Source: Carcharhinus amblyrhynchos (lineage: Eukaryota). Taken from it: a DNA stretch of 64,000 bases. Location of the stretch: contig OZ336889.1 of the NCBI GenBank assembly GCA_965287045.1, forward strand, positions 37,324,001-37,388,000, in the 5' to 3' direction. The position numbers and the translations under genes are program-made. Shown here piece after piece: positions 48,991 to 63,134 of the stretch (the stretch's first letter is position 1; every line of letters starts with the position of its first letter). A model generated the notes under the pieces. The model worked only from the letters and a program-made list of their open reading frames with translations. It searched no databases and was not told the origin of the DNA.

Positions 48991-50822
48991 TCCCAACCAC
49001 AAACACACACATCACACATCTCCCCATCTCTCTCTCTCTCACTTTCCACACACGAACTATCTCTATCCCCTCCAGCCAGCTTTGTAGTCTGTGCCTTGTA
49101 GAGGAGAATGTCCTTAACTCTGCATCCCCTCCCCCCACCGTCCCACCACCTCCCAGTCCCGTCGCCTCTGGACTTCAAGCTCTCGTTTGTTGTGAGTGAT
49201 CGTGCCCTGCATAAGTACAGGTGAATTGGCTGTGAGTACTATGGATGAAAGAGCAGTTCAGAGACAAGTTGCCTATTGTATGTGCTAAGCCCTCCTCAGT
49301 AAGAGATTAAGACGCCACTTGTTCAAAGTTTTACATGAGATGGTGAGCTTACCTGGCTGGCAGACATGCAGTGCTGATGGCCTATCTGCTGGTCATCTGT
49401 GACATGCCGCTGGGTAAATCTTAGACTGCCTGAGGCCCTTATAAGAGTGCATTTGGAATGTGTAGAAGTTTCACCTACCCTGGTGAGATGCATCACATCC
49501 TTCAAGCTTTTCCTATAGGAGCGTCCTTTTCCGTTGGCCATCTGCACTGGCCTCTGTGGTGACCCCCTCCCAGGCTGGCATGGTCAAGTGGGAGGACCTC
49601 ACTCTCCCAGCCTGAGGAGAGTGGACCTTTCTTGGACGGTCTGGAGAGGAGAATCATCAGGAAAGCCTTGCTGAGACGTGGAGAGTTTGGTTCCTTTAGG
49701 CACCATTGAGAAACTGAGTGACGCAACACACTGGGCCTGCAGTGAGCGATGTGAAAAGAACGATAGTAGACATTAAGAACATAGCCAGAAGGTTTATTAC
49801 TGTAGCACATATGATTTGGATGCAAGGAATTTCTACGCACTTTAACAAATCATGACTTTTTTTGTTTTAATTTAATATTCTCCTCATTGTGCCCCACTCA
49901 AAGGTGTGCACAGAATGACACACATGGACAGAACTTTACTATCCTGCCCACCGTGGGAATTGGAGTGGCTGAGGGGCGAACCACGGAATGGTCTGTTGAC
50001 CTCAGGTGGGATTTTATGGTTTCAGGTTTTAATTCCATCTATCCTATTCCTACTTTTTTCCAGAACCCCCAGACCTTTCACACCCTGCCATCAACCCACC
50101 CTATCCCATTACAAACAGGACCCCTCCTTTACCAAGCCCTGAGGGCTGCCTGTGCTACAAAACTGCACTACCCCATCCCAGTTCTAGCAACCTTCATTGT
50201 TGCCAAGCATATAAATCTTCCTTTGTGCTTCTATGTAAACCCTCTCCACTCAACCTGAACACCAATACCTTCCAAATTAACTCTTCTATACTACTGGCAG
50301 CTATCTCCAGCTTCATTCACCTTTCCTATTATTTTGCTTTGAATCGGGTAATTATAGAAATATTGAGACAAAATGGTTAAAGAGTATGTTATGACAAAGG
50401 TTATTGGTTTATCAAGCACTCCAGCCTTAAGACTCAGCAAGCAGCATCCTCTCTTTAGACTCTTGATTCCTGTATAAAGGGCTTCCTCCCACCACTCTTG
50501 CGTGTCCACTCTTTGCTCCAGCACTGTTGACAGAACCTCCTATTACTAATACCCTCCACTTTTGAATTCCCTATCTTAAAAGTTATTTCTGCTTCACTGC
50601 CCACCTTCAACAGCCTCCCTGAAACCTATCTTACCAATCTTGGTCATGTACCATCACCACCCTGATGCCAGATCGACCCACTGGTGAGATAGATGTTTGG
50701 TGTGTTTTCCTGTTTTAAAGGTGCTTTACAATGACCATTTCAGAAAACAATGAACATTTAATGTTGTAGTACTTGATGTGCATCATGCTTAGCCTGATAG
50801 TATCCAATATCAAAGTGGTTTT

Positions 50823-51532
50823 TGTTATGGTACTGAACTAGAATCCCAGACTAGTCCCCAACAATATTTCTATTTAGGCATAAATGTGAGGAAAAGATAC
50901 TTCCTTCCAGGATTGATTCCAATGACAAAGTAAGGATTTTTAAAAAATAAAACAAACTTTATCTAATGACGCAGTTTAAATCTAACTCCAACAGATGAAG
51001 CAGATTAACTGTTAACAACTGACCAACATGTAAAAGTAAAAGGAAGCAATTTTACTTCTTACTTATGACTGTTGCAGTTCCAAATAAGCAACATTCCTCT
51101 TAAAGCTTTAAGTGCCACTTTAAATACAGTTAGCAAACATAAATATACTTGCTATAAAAGACTATCATCAGCCTTGAAGCTTTCGGAGAAAAATGAGTTT
51201 TAGTCAAACTTTGATCTTCAGCAGACTCCCAGCAACTCTAAAGCAGCAAAAGCTCCTTTCTCTCTGCTACAGTTTGTTACGTGACCCTGTCAATCAACTT
51301 TAATGAGAAATCCCAGGGGAACGTCTTGTACAAACAAGAGTCAATTAGCTCTATCTAAGTAACAAATTCTGAGCTGAAAATGAATTATTTATCTTGCTTT
51401 CACAGCCTTGAGCTAAATATTTTCCAGACACACAGGTTACTGGCAGAATAAATCTAAAATTTTAAACATTCCCCTTAAAGAGAGAAGAAAAAACATTTTA
51501 AATGTTTATATTAATTGCACTTGTATCATCAC
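50823..51532 (-). mobile_element. Probable solo LTR (Gypsy-like)
   Basis: TG...CA ends; minus-strand end ggggactagtctgggattctagttcagtaccataaca; TSD not evident. Confidence 0.45.
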
Positions 51533-53184
51533 ATCATGTTATAGATGTGTTGTTTTTAAATGTAGGCAGTGGACAAATGTTGGCAATGTGATATAATAGG
51601 AAGCTGTGTAAGAAATGACCAAATGTCAAATTCTGGGCCTGGCAATAATAAATATTGTCAACATTCCTACATTATGTACTCAGTGGAATCTAGGCGCAGC
51701 TTCAGCCTTTGAAAGCTATTTAGTTCATCTATTGAACCAAAATAAGCTTCACAGAGAATGGTTGTTCGAATAGATCCCAGGCTTTGCAGCCTTACTTCCG
51801 GAACAGAATATTTGCTGGCGATTTCACACCAGAATTCTGAAACTGCATCTCAAAGTTTTAAATAGCAGTAATCAACAAGGTGGCCCTTTAGGGAACAATT
51901 TCAGGACTCCTGGTGGGGGGTGGGGATGAGTGGAACCTCATCAGAATTTCTCAAAGTGTCAGCTTCAGGCAGAAAACAGGAGTGAAACTCTCCAGTTCTG
52001 CAGACCAGTTTTCTCTCCGGATTTTGAGCCTTTCAGTGAAAAATGAGTAGGTGCGGTTTATGCCTTCACTTTGGAGAGGCAGGGCCTCATAGACTTGAAA
52101 AGACTGACTCCACTGAGACTGAGGCACCAAGTGACATTGCTGGGGAGAAAAACCGTGCTGGCAATCCTGTGCACAAAATCCCACCCATGTAGTCAATTTG
52201 CACCCATTACCTTCCGATCACACTTACTTTGTGTTTTCAATGTCTCCAGTGTTTCTACCTCCTTTTGAAAGTTAAAATAAAACTTTGGCAGGTGTTTAAA
52301 AAGATTATACAAATCTTTCAGAATGGGTAGCGAGAGCCTATAAGCCCCTGTAATATTTTAATTGTATCAATGATCACACTTTCAGAATTAGATTTTCTAC
52401 CTTCTAATTATTCACCTTCCCGAATAATTATCAGAACTTTTGTGTGACTTAATACTATTTGTTACTAACATCAATCAAGTTCAGTCTTCTATGTGGAGTC
52501 TCCTAACCCCCAAAAAAGATTGAATTCAAAGCACACTGTTTTGATTGGACTTATCAACACGGCTAGAGTACCAAGATTAAAATGTGGAGATTTTCAAATA
52601 TCCACTAATTACCACTGAATGTGCAAACATTGTACAATTGGGGCACTTCTAAAGAAGCATTCAGAATTATAGTTATTCATATTTAATTCATATTTAATAT
52701 CTATGGCATCCAATCGAGTGTTACTGCCTTTGTTAGCATTAAGAAGCTCTGCACCTAGTGATTGTCTTGATGTGGATTGTCTTGATGTAGTGATTTGTCT
52801 GCCATAGCAAAGTATGTCTACAGGTGCAGGTGTGAGATACTGACAGGTAGTTAGAGAACGCCTCATTTAAAAACCTCAGGTATATGGGAATTTGCCTGCA
52901 GAAAGCCTATTTATCACCCCCGAAAGAGCTGCACAAGGGATAAAATAAAGAGCAAAACAATCATTCAAAGGACCTTGAAAACCAAAGTGGCAGCAGAACA
53001 AAGAGAAAAGCAGTGCAATACCCTTTAAGGGTATTTCCATACACAGCTTAGTGCCTTGTAGCCCTAGATGACCATTATATATGGCATAAGGAGCACCATG
53101 TCAGAAATTTGTATACATAGCATGTTTGGTGAGGGTCCAGCCAGTTCCTTTGCCAGTGGAAATGTGCATTGACTGCAACCTAGG

Positions 53185-53485
53185 CTGGCACAGTGGCACA
53201 GTGGTTAGCACTGCTGCCTCACAGTGCTAGGGGCCTGGGTTCAATTCCCAGCTTGGGTCATTGTCTGTGTGGAATCTGGATGCTCTCACCGTGTTTATGT
53301 GAGCTTCCTCCGGGTACTGCAGTTTCCTCCCACAGTCTGAAAGGTTTGTTGGTTAGGTGCATTGGCCATGCTAGTTTCATCTTCAGTGTGCCTGAACAGG
53401 CACCGGAATGTGGCAACTTGGGGATTTTTACAGTAACTTTATTGCAGTGTTAATGTAAGCCCACTGGCAGCAATAAATAAACTTT
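53185..53485 (+). mobile_element. HE1-like V-SINE
   Basis: ggcacagtggcacagtggttagcactgctgcctcacag head. Confidence 0.88.
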
Positions 53486-54174
53486 AGGGTGAATGTCTGC
53501 CAAATTTCCTGCTTTGGTGCACACAAGCTGTGCCAATGAAAGTTGGCCTTCTACACTCCCTTTAGCTACTCTGGACTAAATTTTGTCAGGATCAGAGAAC
53601 CTTGGCTGCCATAAACTAAACAGAGAACTCAAATCGATCTTTAAACTCAAGGTTAATGTGGTCTGATGGAACATCCATTGGGGTTTAGTCACTGCCTTTT
53701 CAGAGTCATTATCGTGGATCTTGCAGATCCAGTACTCTTAATCAAAGGTCAATGTCATATTAGCTGTGAAAAATGATGCATTCAGTTAAATGGCGCACAG
53801 GTTAAAGACATCTCCCCATATTTGTGTCATTTGTTTCTTTCCCCAAGTGAAATATAATTGTAATCATGGAATCTATTATATTTGGAAAGTTGAAAAGTCC
53901 TTTTGCTCAACTTTACAATACTGTGCGTCCCAAGTATGGAAGTAATGCATTTGAGATACAGAATCTCCTTTTCTTCAGACTATTTCTGGCTCTCTCTATC
54001 CACACTGTTTACATCCAAACAACAGAATTATTAAGAAAAATGTAGATTGGTTAGTTTGAAGCAACGTTATTTAATTGCTGTTATACTGTTATGAATTGAA
54101 AAGAATTTTGTATAATCTGAAATCTGTATAAATGAACAGTCCCAAAAAACTGACATCTGTAAAGCAATGAACAC

Positions 54175-54505
54175 ATTTTTTATTATTAATTTGTGGGACA
54201 TGGGTGTCTCTGGCTGGCCAGCATTTATTGCCCATTCCTAGTTGCCTGAGGGCAGTTGAGAGTCAACCACATTGCTGTGGCTCTGGAGTTACATGTAGGC
54301 CAGACCAGGTAAGGATGGCAGATTTCCTTCCCTAAAGGAAATCAGTGAACCGGATGGGTTTTTCCTCACAATCGACAATGGTTTCATCGTCTTCTGTAGA
54401 TTCTTAATTCCAGATTTTTTTTCATGGAGTTCAAATTCCATCATCTGCTGTGGTGGGATTCGAACCTGGGTCTCCAGAACATTAGCTGAGTTTCTGGATT
54501 AATAG
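54175..54505 (-). mobile_element. tRNA-derived SINE with LINE tail
   Basis: Homologous to 30790-31125. Confidence 0.75.
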
Positions 54506-55034
54506 TCACTGCTCTCTACGGAAACACCCAATTGGCTTATGTTGCAAAATACACAAGGGGCACTCTGTAATTGCTGATTACAGCCTTTAATACACCAAGC
54601 ACTTTTACATCTTTATACATGGGATGTAGCTGGGCACCACACTTGAAAATGTATTTGAAACTGAATGTAAAGGTTACGTTGACCGATGGATGTTACTAAA
54701 TTCCTTTTTCTCTATTTTAAAAATATTTGTTCATGGAATGTGGGTGTCGCTGGCCAGACCAACATTTATTGCCCAACGCTAATTCCCTTGAGACGGTGCA
54801 GTCCCTCTGGTGTAGGTACACCCACAGTGTTATTAGGGAGGAAGTTCCAGGATTTAGACTCAGCAACACTGAAAGGGCAGTGATATATTCCGGGGTAAGG
54901 ATAGAGTGTGGCTTGGAGGAGAAGTTGGTGTTTCCATGTTGGAATTATCCCATGCCCCCTGTCAATGGGTTCAATGGTGAGCGGGGGTAAAATTTGGCAA
55001 GAGTCCAATAATTGGTGTCCGCCATGACTGATCA

Positions 55035-55270
55035 GTGGTAGGTGTCTGTAATATGCTGCTAGGCTTGGTGGCAGAGGCAGATACGATAGGAGTGTTTAAG
55101 GGGCTTTTAGATATGTACATGAATATGCAAGGAATAGAGGGATATGGACCAAGGGCAGGCAGAAGGGATTGGTTTAATTTGGCATCATATTTGACACAAC
55201 ATCATGGGCTGAAGGACCTGTTCCTGTGCTATACTGTTCTATGTTTTATGGTCTATATGTTCTATATAGA
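55035..55270 (+). mobile_element. CR1 3' end
   Basis: VAEADTIGVFKGLLDMYM; tail gggctgaaggacctgttcctgtgctatactgttctatg. Confidence 0.8.
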
Positions 55271-55281
55271 ACATATATAGA

Positions 55282-55477
55282 NNNNNNNNNNNNNNNNNNN
55301 NNNNNNNNNNNNNNNNNNNNNNNNNNNNNNNNNNNNNNNNNNNNNNNNNNNNNNNNNNNNNNNNNNNNNNNNNNNNNNNNNNNNNNNNNNNNNNNNNNNN
55401 NNNNNNNNNNNNNNNNNNNNNNNNNNNNNNNNNNNNNNNNNNNNNNNNNNNNNNNNNNNNNNNNNNNNNNNNNNNNN
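55282..55477. other. Assembly gap (196 N)
   Basis: Run of N. Confidence 1.
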
Positions 55478-57578
55478 TTACCAGTGACTTAACAGAAATT
55501 CTGATGTTCAATGTTAGCAGCCTCATTGTAATAAATTTGAGTCTCATTATCAGGCCTCTATGCCTGATCAAACCCCTGCTGTTAGATTGTCCACTCACAT
55601 TGGTGTGAGGGCATGCCAGCATGAATTATGACTGGGTCTCCCATGGCATGCAACTGGTAGGTATATCCATTGAAGGAGCCCAGGTGAGTGCAGTGCTCAA
55701 GGGTAAGAGGGATATGCCTCTACAATATCCAGGCACTGTCTGGGCACTGCCCCAGCACTGCCCACTGAACTGCCTGGGGACTGCCCCAGGGACTACCTGG
55801 GCACTTCCTCCTGGAGGAGTTGGTTTCCCATGCACTGTCTCCCATGCACTGTCCCCCAGCACTGTCCAGGCGCTGCCCCATGACTTTGCCCCTGGCATTG
55901 CCCCCAACACTACTTGGGTGTTGCCCTGGCACTGCCCCAGCACTGTCCCCTGGCACTGTCCTTTGTCACTACCCCCCTCCCCCACCCCCCAGCAGATGGT
56001 GTTGGTGAGAGAGAAAGGTTGCCAGGATACTTAAGAAATGAGTGCACAGCATCTTCACCTGAGCTGTGGCACAATGTTCTCAGTTGAACATCTCATCTGT
56101 AAGTTACCACTTTTGATTGGACAGCACTCACTGAGCACTGCAGTAAACGGTCTAACAAGCTCATGAGTTCAAGAATTTCATGGGGATGGTGACTAACAAA
56201 TTACCTGTCTCAGAGGGAAGGCTGATACAAACTGAGACAATTGACTGACATACTGTTAAGTAGGATTGGTCTGTCAGAGAGCCATTTTAACATGAATTAG
56301 GATAGAATTTCTCCAACATTCATTGCTTACTGGAGGAAATTCTGGCTTTATTAATGTTGAAAGTTGAACAATGCTTTTTTGCTATTATATCTAGGCTCTC
56401 AAATTAGAGATTGGTATTTCCTTCATTTTCTTGTGGAAGTGAAATAGATCACTGTAGATAATCCACTTTGTAATCATGATAAATTTTTCCATAACCTCAG
56501 TACATTATAGAAAGCATGCCCCTCAATCTTAAACCATTAATGTATTAGCTGATTCTGCACTAGTTGTAGTGTTCCCTTTTACAGCAAATGTGTTGAAAGC
56601 ATCATTACGACCAGTTTGGAATTTATTTCCTGCACTGTTAATTATCGGTTATGTTTCTTGCCAGAGCCATTCGCAGTTAATTAAACATGCAATTAAGGGG
56701 TAAATGTGTGGAAAAAACTGTCACAAATTTTTTTTCATCACAACTTGCATTTTAAAGTATCATTTAAATATTATCAAGTTCAATTTGCTTGTGAGTTTCA
56801 TTTGATCAGATCCAGAGTAACTATGATTAATTCTTGGACAGGAAAAGACTCACTGGTTTATCAATCTGCTTGTCCCACTCTCAAAATGGCTGGACCATCA
56901 TGGCTAGATACTTCCCCCCACCGCTATGTAATCTCCTGGGACAGATTTACCATGAAGAGAAAAGCTAATTTGGGAAATTTATTCAAACTAATCTCGGGTG
57001 ATCAAAGGCAGCATAGGAGATGACGTGGACCATTAGAACTGTAGATCTGACGTTGGCTTTAGCTAAGTTGTTTGAAGGGACCATAAGGAAAACAAAATGC
57101 TTTAGATTGAGAAGACCATCATGGACACTCAACATGACTTTTGGACAAGATATTTGAGTCTTAGCAATATGCTAGAATTGTTCGAGTAACACCATCTACT
57201 TGGGATTTGGAAAATGCCTTTTATTATTTCACTATAGATTACTTACAATACAATATTTGTGGAAGTTGCAAGAACAGTTTAAAGATGGGCTGTATTCATT
57301 GAAACATGTTACAAACCAGTGTGGATCTGCTTGGACTAGTGACACGGCGGGATTGATGTTCGAGTCATTCCTTTTTATTATCTTCAAAAATAGACATAGG
57401 TATGGACTTGGGGTGAATGGTCCCTAAATTCGTCAATTATACAAAAATGTGCAAATGTTGGGACTGCAAAAGGGGGAAAAATTGATCTAGATTTGCCAGG
57501 CATTTGGGCATTTGATATCTCACAGAGACAGGGTAATATCTAACACACTCTCCCTCTCTTCACTTTTAATGACTCAAA

Positions 57579-57705
57579 GGCTGGAATTTTACCAGCACAT
57601 CCGCCCCGATTCTGGGGCTGGGCGAGGCTCGGAAAATGGCATTCTTCGCTGGCCTCAGGCGGGATTGTACGAGTCTTAGGTGGATGTACAGGTAAAACTC
57701 TACCC
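57579..57705. mobile_element. Harbinger-like MITE; related copies at 40865-40940, 49927-50020 and 63747-63864
   Basis: Imperfect TIRs ggctggaattttacc / ggtaaaactctaccc; superfamily assignment inferred. Confidence 0.55.
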
Positions 57706-58519
57706 AAAATGTTGGCTGTGTTTTCTCTCATTACGGATGCTGTCGAGTTTTTCCACCATTCTCTGTTCTTGTTTCAGGTTCTGGGATCTGCAATATTTCA
57801 CTTATTTTGGGTGCGATACCGCCATTTGAGAGGATCTAACTCCCACTGTACTTACCCTTATGTGGCACATAACTAAAACCAATTAAAAGAGTAAAGAATC
57901 AAAATGGTGATTATACAGTGAAAGAGTTCAATATAGAGGGAAATTCAAATAAGCAGATGGGATGGGGGCAAGCAGACAACATTTGGGGAGAGAGAAACAT
58001 TCTGCATGAGTTTCTCTTATCTCTCTATCCCTGTGTATTGGTTGCTGTAAGCCTCACAATGCCACCCACAGAAGAATGGTGTGTATTAATGTTCCTACAG
58101 TCTGCAGCAATGTGCCACTAACATATCCCTGATGTTGACAGGTTAAGAATATGCACCAGCAATTCGACTGTGTTTAGACAGGAAGGATTTCAAGATTTTA
58201 CCTTTACAATCACTTACTAGTGAAACTGTCTAAATCTAGTCAGTCATGCTGACATTCAAACTCACTTTTGCACTGTGACTGTCATAACATTCAGCCTCCT
58301 ATATACTTTCCGTATGAATTGGTGCAGCGATTCTCTGTCTGAAGGCTGAGGCCGAGGTGTCCCTGATTTTGCACGTTGGAATATTCTTTAACATCAAGCC
58401 AGCAAGGTGAAAGAAGTGAAAAGTGTGAGTGTAGATTGAGCCACTGCACTCTCACGGCAGCCTCCACGTCAGTGCAGGTAGGATCAGGGATATCAGTGGG
58501 TGGGGGGTGTGAGGATAGA

Positions 58520-60287
58520 TCTAAAATGAAGTAGATAGTCATTGATTTTAGGAAGCGGAGGACATGTCCTATCTACATCATTGGGGATGAAGTGGAAATA
58601 GTCAAGAGCTTCAAGTCTCTGGGGCTGGGATTCTCCCAAAACAATTCTAAGTTCCCAATCTGCATGAAAACTGGAATAACTCCCATTGTTTTTTTAGTGT
58701 GATCCCCAGAATGAATCGCCCACGCTCTGTGAGAATGCAGCCCCGACCCCAGACTGGATGGCCAGTCCCGATCACCTCTACCCTCCCTCTTCCAAAGCTA
58801 CAAGTGCAGAGTGGGGTTGGGGTACCCCACCCCGCTCCCCAGTTGGCTCCTCCTCAGTAGGTCCTGCCCTTCTGGCTCCACTCCTTGGCACTGCTCATGC
58901 CTGGTGGGCTGTATCAAAGTGCCCCTTGGGCGTTGCCAGGGTGCATCACAGAGTGATATGGCTCCTGCTCTGTCCAAGACCGTAAGAACCTACAAAGGGT
59001 TGTGAACGAAGCCCAGTCCATCACTCAAACCAGCCTCCATCCATTGACCCTGATCCCAATTTTGCCATTGTGTTCTGCCCATTTTCAGACATGAGAACTA
59101 AAGTCAGGCATGAGGCAAGTAGTGCGATCTGCACCCGCCTCTACGCTGCTTCCCCCTTTACCAAGGGCTGAAAATGACTGTTGTTGGGAATGCGGCCAAA
59201 ATGGGCGCGACGTCAATTTAAATGTATTTGCATGCATTGGAATTAAACTTAATGGGCTGCATGCCCAAACTTACTGGCACTTCCCCCTTTACCACCATGT
59301 TCACCCGTCCAGATTTGGCACGAAACAGGCATAGTTTCTGGTGCTCCAGCTCCTGAGGAGGTAAGGTCAAAGCTTCAGATGCTTCAGATTGGTTGGGGTA
59401 GGGGACGGAGGGAAATGGGTTAGATGGCACTCTGACTTAGATCGGTGGTGGGGAGGGGAGCGAATTGGGTGATGGTTCCACTTAGGTCAGTAGTTGGGGT
59501 GGGGGGAGGTTGGGGGTATCCTCTGCCACTCTGCCTCTGCTCAGTGAGGGGAAGAGGGGGTTCGCTGCCACTCTGCCTGCGATCAGTTGGGGGGGCAGGG
59601 GCCTGCAATCAGTCTGGGTTGCGGAGGTGTGGACGGATAAGAGGGTCATTAATGTTGTGGGGATGAGGCACTGTCTATGGGGGCTGGGGGTGGAGACATT
59701 ATCCAGCCCGAGAGCAATGTGGTGAGGTGGGGGGATTTTCTATTTGTTTTACTGTGCGTGCGCAGTTGGAGGCGCCGATCAGAGATGCAGCGTTTCGGGT
59801 ATGTTAAGCCCTGCCCACAGGCTTGTGCAGCGTAATTCAGAATCGCTGCTATTTCTCCAGGCAGAGTGCATATGGGCGCGCCTGAGATCAGGTCTAAAAC
59901 TCGGACCTGAAACACTCCCAGTTTCAAGTCTGCCCAATACTTAGAATGAAAATGATAAAATAGGGCCCTCTGTCTACACTTCCCACTGTCTTGGAAAAGC
60001 AGCCAGGATAATCATGGACCCCAGACTCTCTTCCAACTTCTTCCATCGGGAAAAAGATACAAAAGTCTGAGGTCACATACCAACCACTTTAAGAACACCT
60101 TCTTCCCTGCTGCTATCAGACTTTTAAATAGGCCTACCTTATACTAAGTTAATCTTTCTCTATATCCTAGCTCTGACTGTAACACTACATCCTGCATCCT
60201 CTCCTATGTTTTGTCTATATAGCATGCAAGAAACAATACTTTTCACTGTATACTAATACATGTGTCTTTAATAAATCAAATCGAATC
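58520..60287 (+). mobile_element. Rex1/Babar-type LINE 3' fragment with nested DNA-transposon derivatives (58623-58950, 59052-59968)
   Basis: IVIDFRK..GDEVEIVKSFKSLG; QRVVNEAQSITQTSL|SVYTS..LLPSGKRYKSLRS..FFPAAIRLLN; tail ataaatcaaatc. Confidence 0.8.
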
Positions 60288-60639
60288 TCAGGCCAGGCTG
60301 GAGTGTGAGAGACAAGGATGGGGGAACTAGAGATCAGGATGGCGAGTGTGGTGGGGGGTGGGGTGGGGGGGTGGTGTGGGGGTGATATAAATTGTGCTGG
60401 GGGTTAGTGGCCAGCCTGCAGTACTAGTAGTAGCAGTGAGTTAACTTTGATGTTGCATTGCTGCCTCAAACCAGCTGAGGCTGCAATAACACTAGGTCAA
60501 ATCTACATCCCCCACTCATTTGAATAATTGTTTGAAGCTACCAACTGAGCTCCGCGCCCATGCAGGCAGCAAGGCCAATGAGGCATGTAGCATTTCTGAC
60601 CATCTAAGTTAAAGGGATGTGCTTCTAAGCTAAACAGCA

Positions 60640-60870
60640 GCACGGTGGCACAGTGGTTAGCACTGCTGCCTCACAATGCCAGGGGCCCAGGTTCGATTCC
60701 TGGCTTCAGGCACTGCCTGTACGGAGTCTGCATGTTCTCCACGTATCTGCGTGGGTTTCCTCTGAGTGCTCCCACAATCCAAAGGTGTGCGGGTTAGGTG
60801 GATTGGTCACGGTAAATTGCCCCCTAGTGTCGGAGGGACTAGCTGGGGTAAATGCAGTGGTTGAATAAAA
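60640..60870 (+). mobile_element. HE1-like V-SINE
   Basis: Head and V-domain. Confidence 0.85.
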
Positions 60871-61577
60871 AAGTAAATTAAACTTTCCATTAGGCCGCGT
60901 TGCTTGTGAGGGTGTTGGAGATTCACACAGAGTATTTGCTGGTGTCCAGTTTCAGACTGGACCTTTGCTTTAACATGCCTGGCTCACTCATGATGAGTCT
61001 GGGTCATGCAAAGGGCTTCAAATTTCTACTTGGAGAGCATTGTGCGAAACCTCCCAAAATTCCCCTGACTTCTTTGAGAGCAATAAACTCCAAATAATAT
61101 GAGGACAGCCACCAAAGGCACGATGAAAATGGCTGCTTAATGTTTCCGTTTTTAAAGATTTGCCAAAGTGTCTGGAGAAGTCATGATAAATGTAATTTTG
61201 GGATGTTTTGCCCCTTTGAGAGAATGGGTCAGGTGACATTGGGGAACTTGGGCTGATTGTGCAACTGTAAAGACATTTAATAAACTGCTCCCATTGTACC
61301 CACTGATCTCCTGGTCTTTGTACAGTTGATAATTAAATGCAAACATAATAGAAATTATCTCAAGAAAGGAGAAAATGTTCAGAAAGATGCATATACATTT
61401 TGTACAATTTTAAGTGATTATTTAATTTTTTCCCACGTTTCAGGTGCCTAAACTCTCATCTCCAATATTAAGCCCGACCTTAACGTCCCCATTAAAGTTT
61501 ATTTCAGGTGTTGAATATACCATGTGGAGAATGTTGCTTTACAAAGCACCATGCCACCCTATAAAGCAACCTTTATC

Positions 61578-61872
61578 GGGTGGCATAGTGGTTAGCACTG
61601 CTGCCTCACAGCACCCGGGACCTGGGTTGATTCCTGGTTTAGGACACTGCTGTATGCACATTCTCTCCATATCTGCATGGATTTCCTCCGGATGCTCCGG
61701 TTTCCTTCCACAGTCCAAATATGTGCTGGTTAGGTGGATTGGCCGTGCTAAAATTGCGCCTTAGTGTCAGGGGGAGTAGCTAGGGTAAATGCATGGGGTT
61801 ATGGAGATAAGTGTTGGGTGGGACAGTGGTCAGTGCAGACTCAATGGGTCGAATGGCCTCCTTCTGTGCTAT
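61578..61872 (+). mobile_element. HE1-like V-SINE with CR1 tail
   Basis: Head, V-domain, gaatggcctccttctgtgct tail. Confidence 0.85.
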
Positions 61873-63134
61873 AAAATGCATTCTGCACTAATTTGTAGCT
61901 AGTTAAAAAGATAGAAGATTGTATGAAAATTAATTTTTGATGGCATCGATATTCCTCCCATAATTACAGCACCCTCCATATTTTGTGTATTTAAAAGTTG
62001 ATAAATATTCTGTGATAAAGATATTCTTTGAGCAACTTCCTCCTATATGATCATTTACATTAGTGGTCCAAGTTTCAATGTCCCCCAAAACATCCTTTAT
62101 TTTATCTCTTCCATATTTCCAAAGTTCATTTTCAGAGTAGGCCGTTATAAAAACATGTTAGAAGTAAAAAGCAACAGAGCAGCAATATATCACAATCATT
62201 ATCCTTGCACCATCAATATATTTGCTAAAGCATCTTATTTTGGTGTCCATGTCTTCGCCAAGCTGTTTCATGGTGTGATTTAGTTTATCAAAATGTTCCC
62301 AGTCTGAGATAGATGTTGTCAGCTCAGGCTCAATAACTGCAGGCACTCCCACAAATCCAAAGAAACTGCTGGGCTCCAGCTGAGTGGAAGAACTCCCTGC
62401 AGCAAAGCCTCGATAATGCTGTCAGGGGAAGATTGACAAGACACATTAGTGGAATTGGCAGTTCTGTAAGCTGGGTTCTGAGTTGCAACCGGGGAGCAGA
62501 GCTGTTCTGACCTTGGCAGCTACATGACTTTTCAATTAAGGTAATTCCTTAACGTGCGCGAGCCCAAATGCACAGCTTGGACCGAATCCTAAAAACACTG
62601 GAGACTTGCTTAAATAGTAGACTACAGTAGATTTTTTATGCTGGAGATGAAGACTTAAGTGACCTTCATCGCAAGCTGGATGACTCCGAGCCAATCCATT
62701 GAATCTGAGTATGTTTTGTCGAATCCATCCTCTCCATCTCCAGGCGTAGTCTAGAGGTGGGGTCGCAAGGTAGTTTTTCACTTACTACCTTTCACGGACA
62801 CTCATTGATATTCCCCCAGGATTCCACTTCGGATTATTTTGTCAGGTACAGCAAGCCAGAAACCTTCTGGAGGTTATGTTGCTCCAGAACACTTATCTTT
62901 TCTTTGGAGGCTCTTATTCTGACCTGGGTAGAAATGATGAGGGTTTCCTGGTGGTACCTGGTTGCCTCCAACAGGAAAGGTGGTGGAGCTGGTGAAAAAG
63001 TGCACTTTTTTTTGTTCATGGGAAAAGGATGGTGGCAACTTTAATGGACCAGTTGGTTTGTACCAATTTCCTCTTGCCAGAGCTAAGGGGCATTGGTTAT
63101 ATGAGATGTTTTGTTATTAAATTTATGTTTCTGT

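Noticed and set aside
46801-49178. Long ORFs (up to 233 aa, ERERVSVCVV or THTLTLSL repeats)
   Set aside because: Translations of the minisatellite, not genes
53185-53260. tRNA-like A/B boxes
   Set aside because: SINE heads, not tRNA genes; no complete cloverleaf
55253-55281. Palindrome tatgttctatatagaacata next to the gap
   Set aside because: CR1 microsatellite tail at a contig end; probably an assembly artefact
55620-55990. ORFs with repeated ggcactgccc motifs (137 aa)
   Set aside because: Degenerate internal repeats typical of non-autonomous DNA-transposon remnants
60347-60385. G-rich tract with G-quadruplex potential
   Set aside because: Low-complexity intergenic sequence with no functional context
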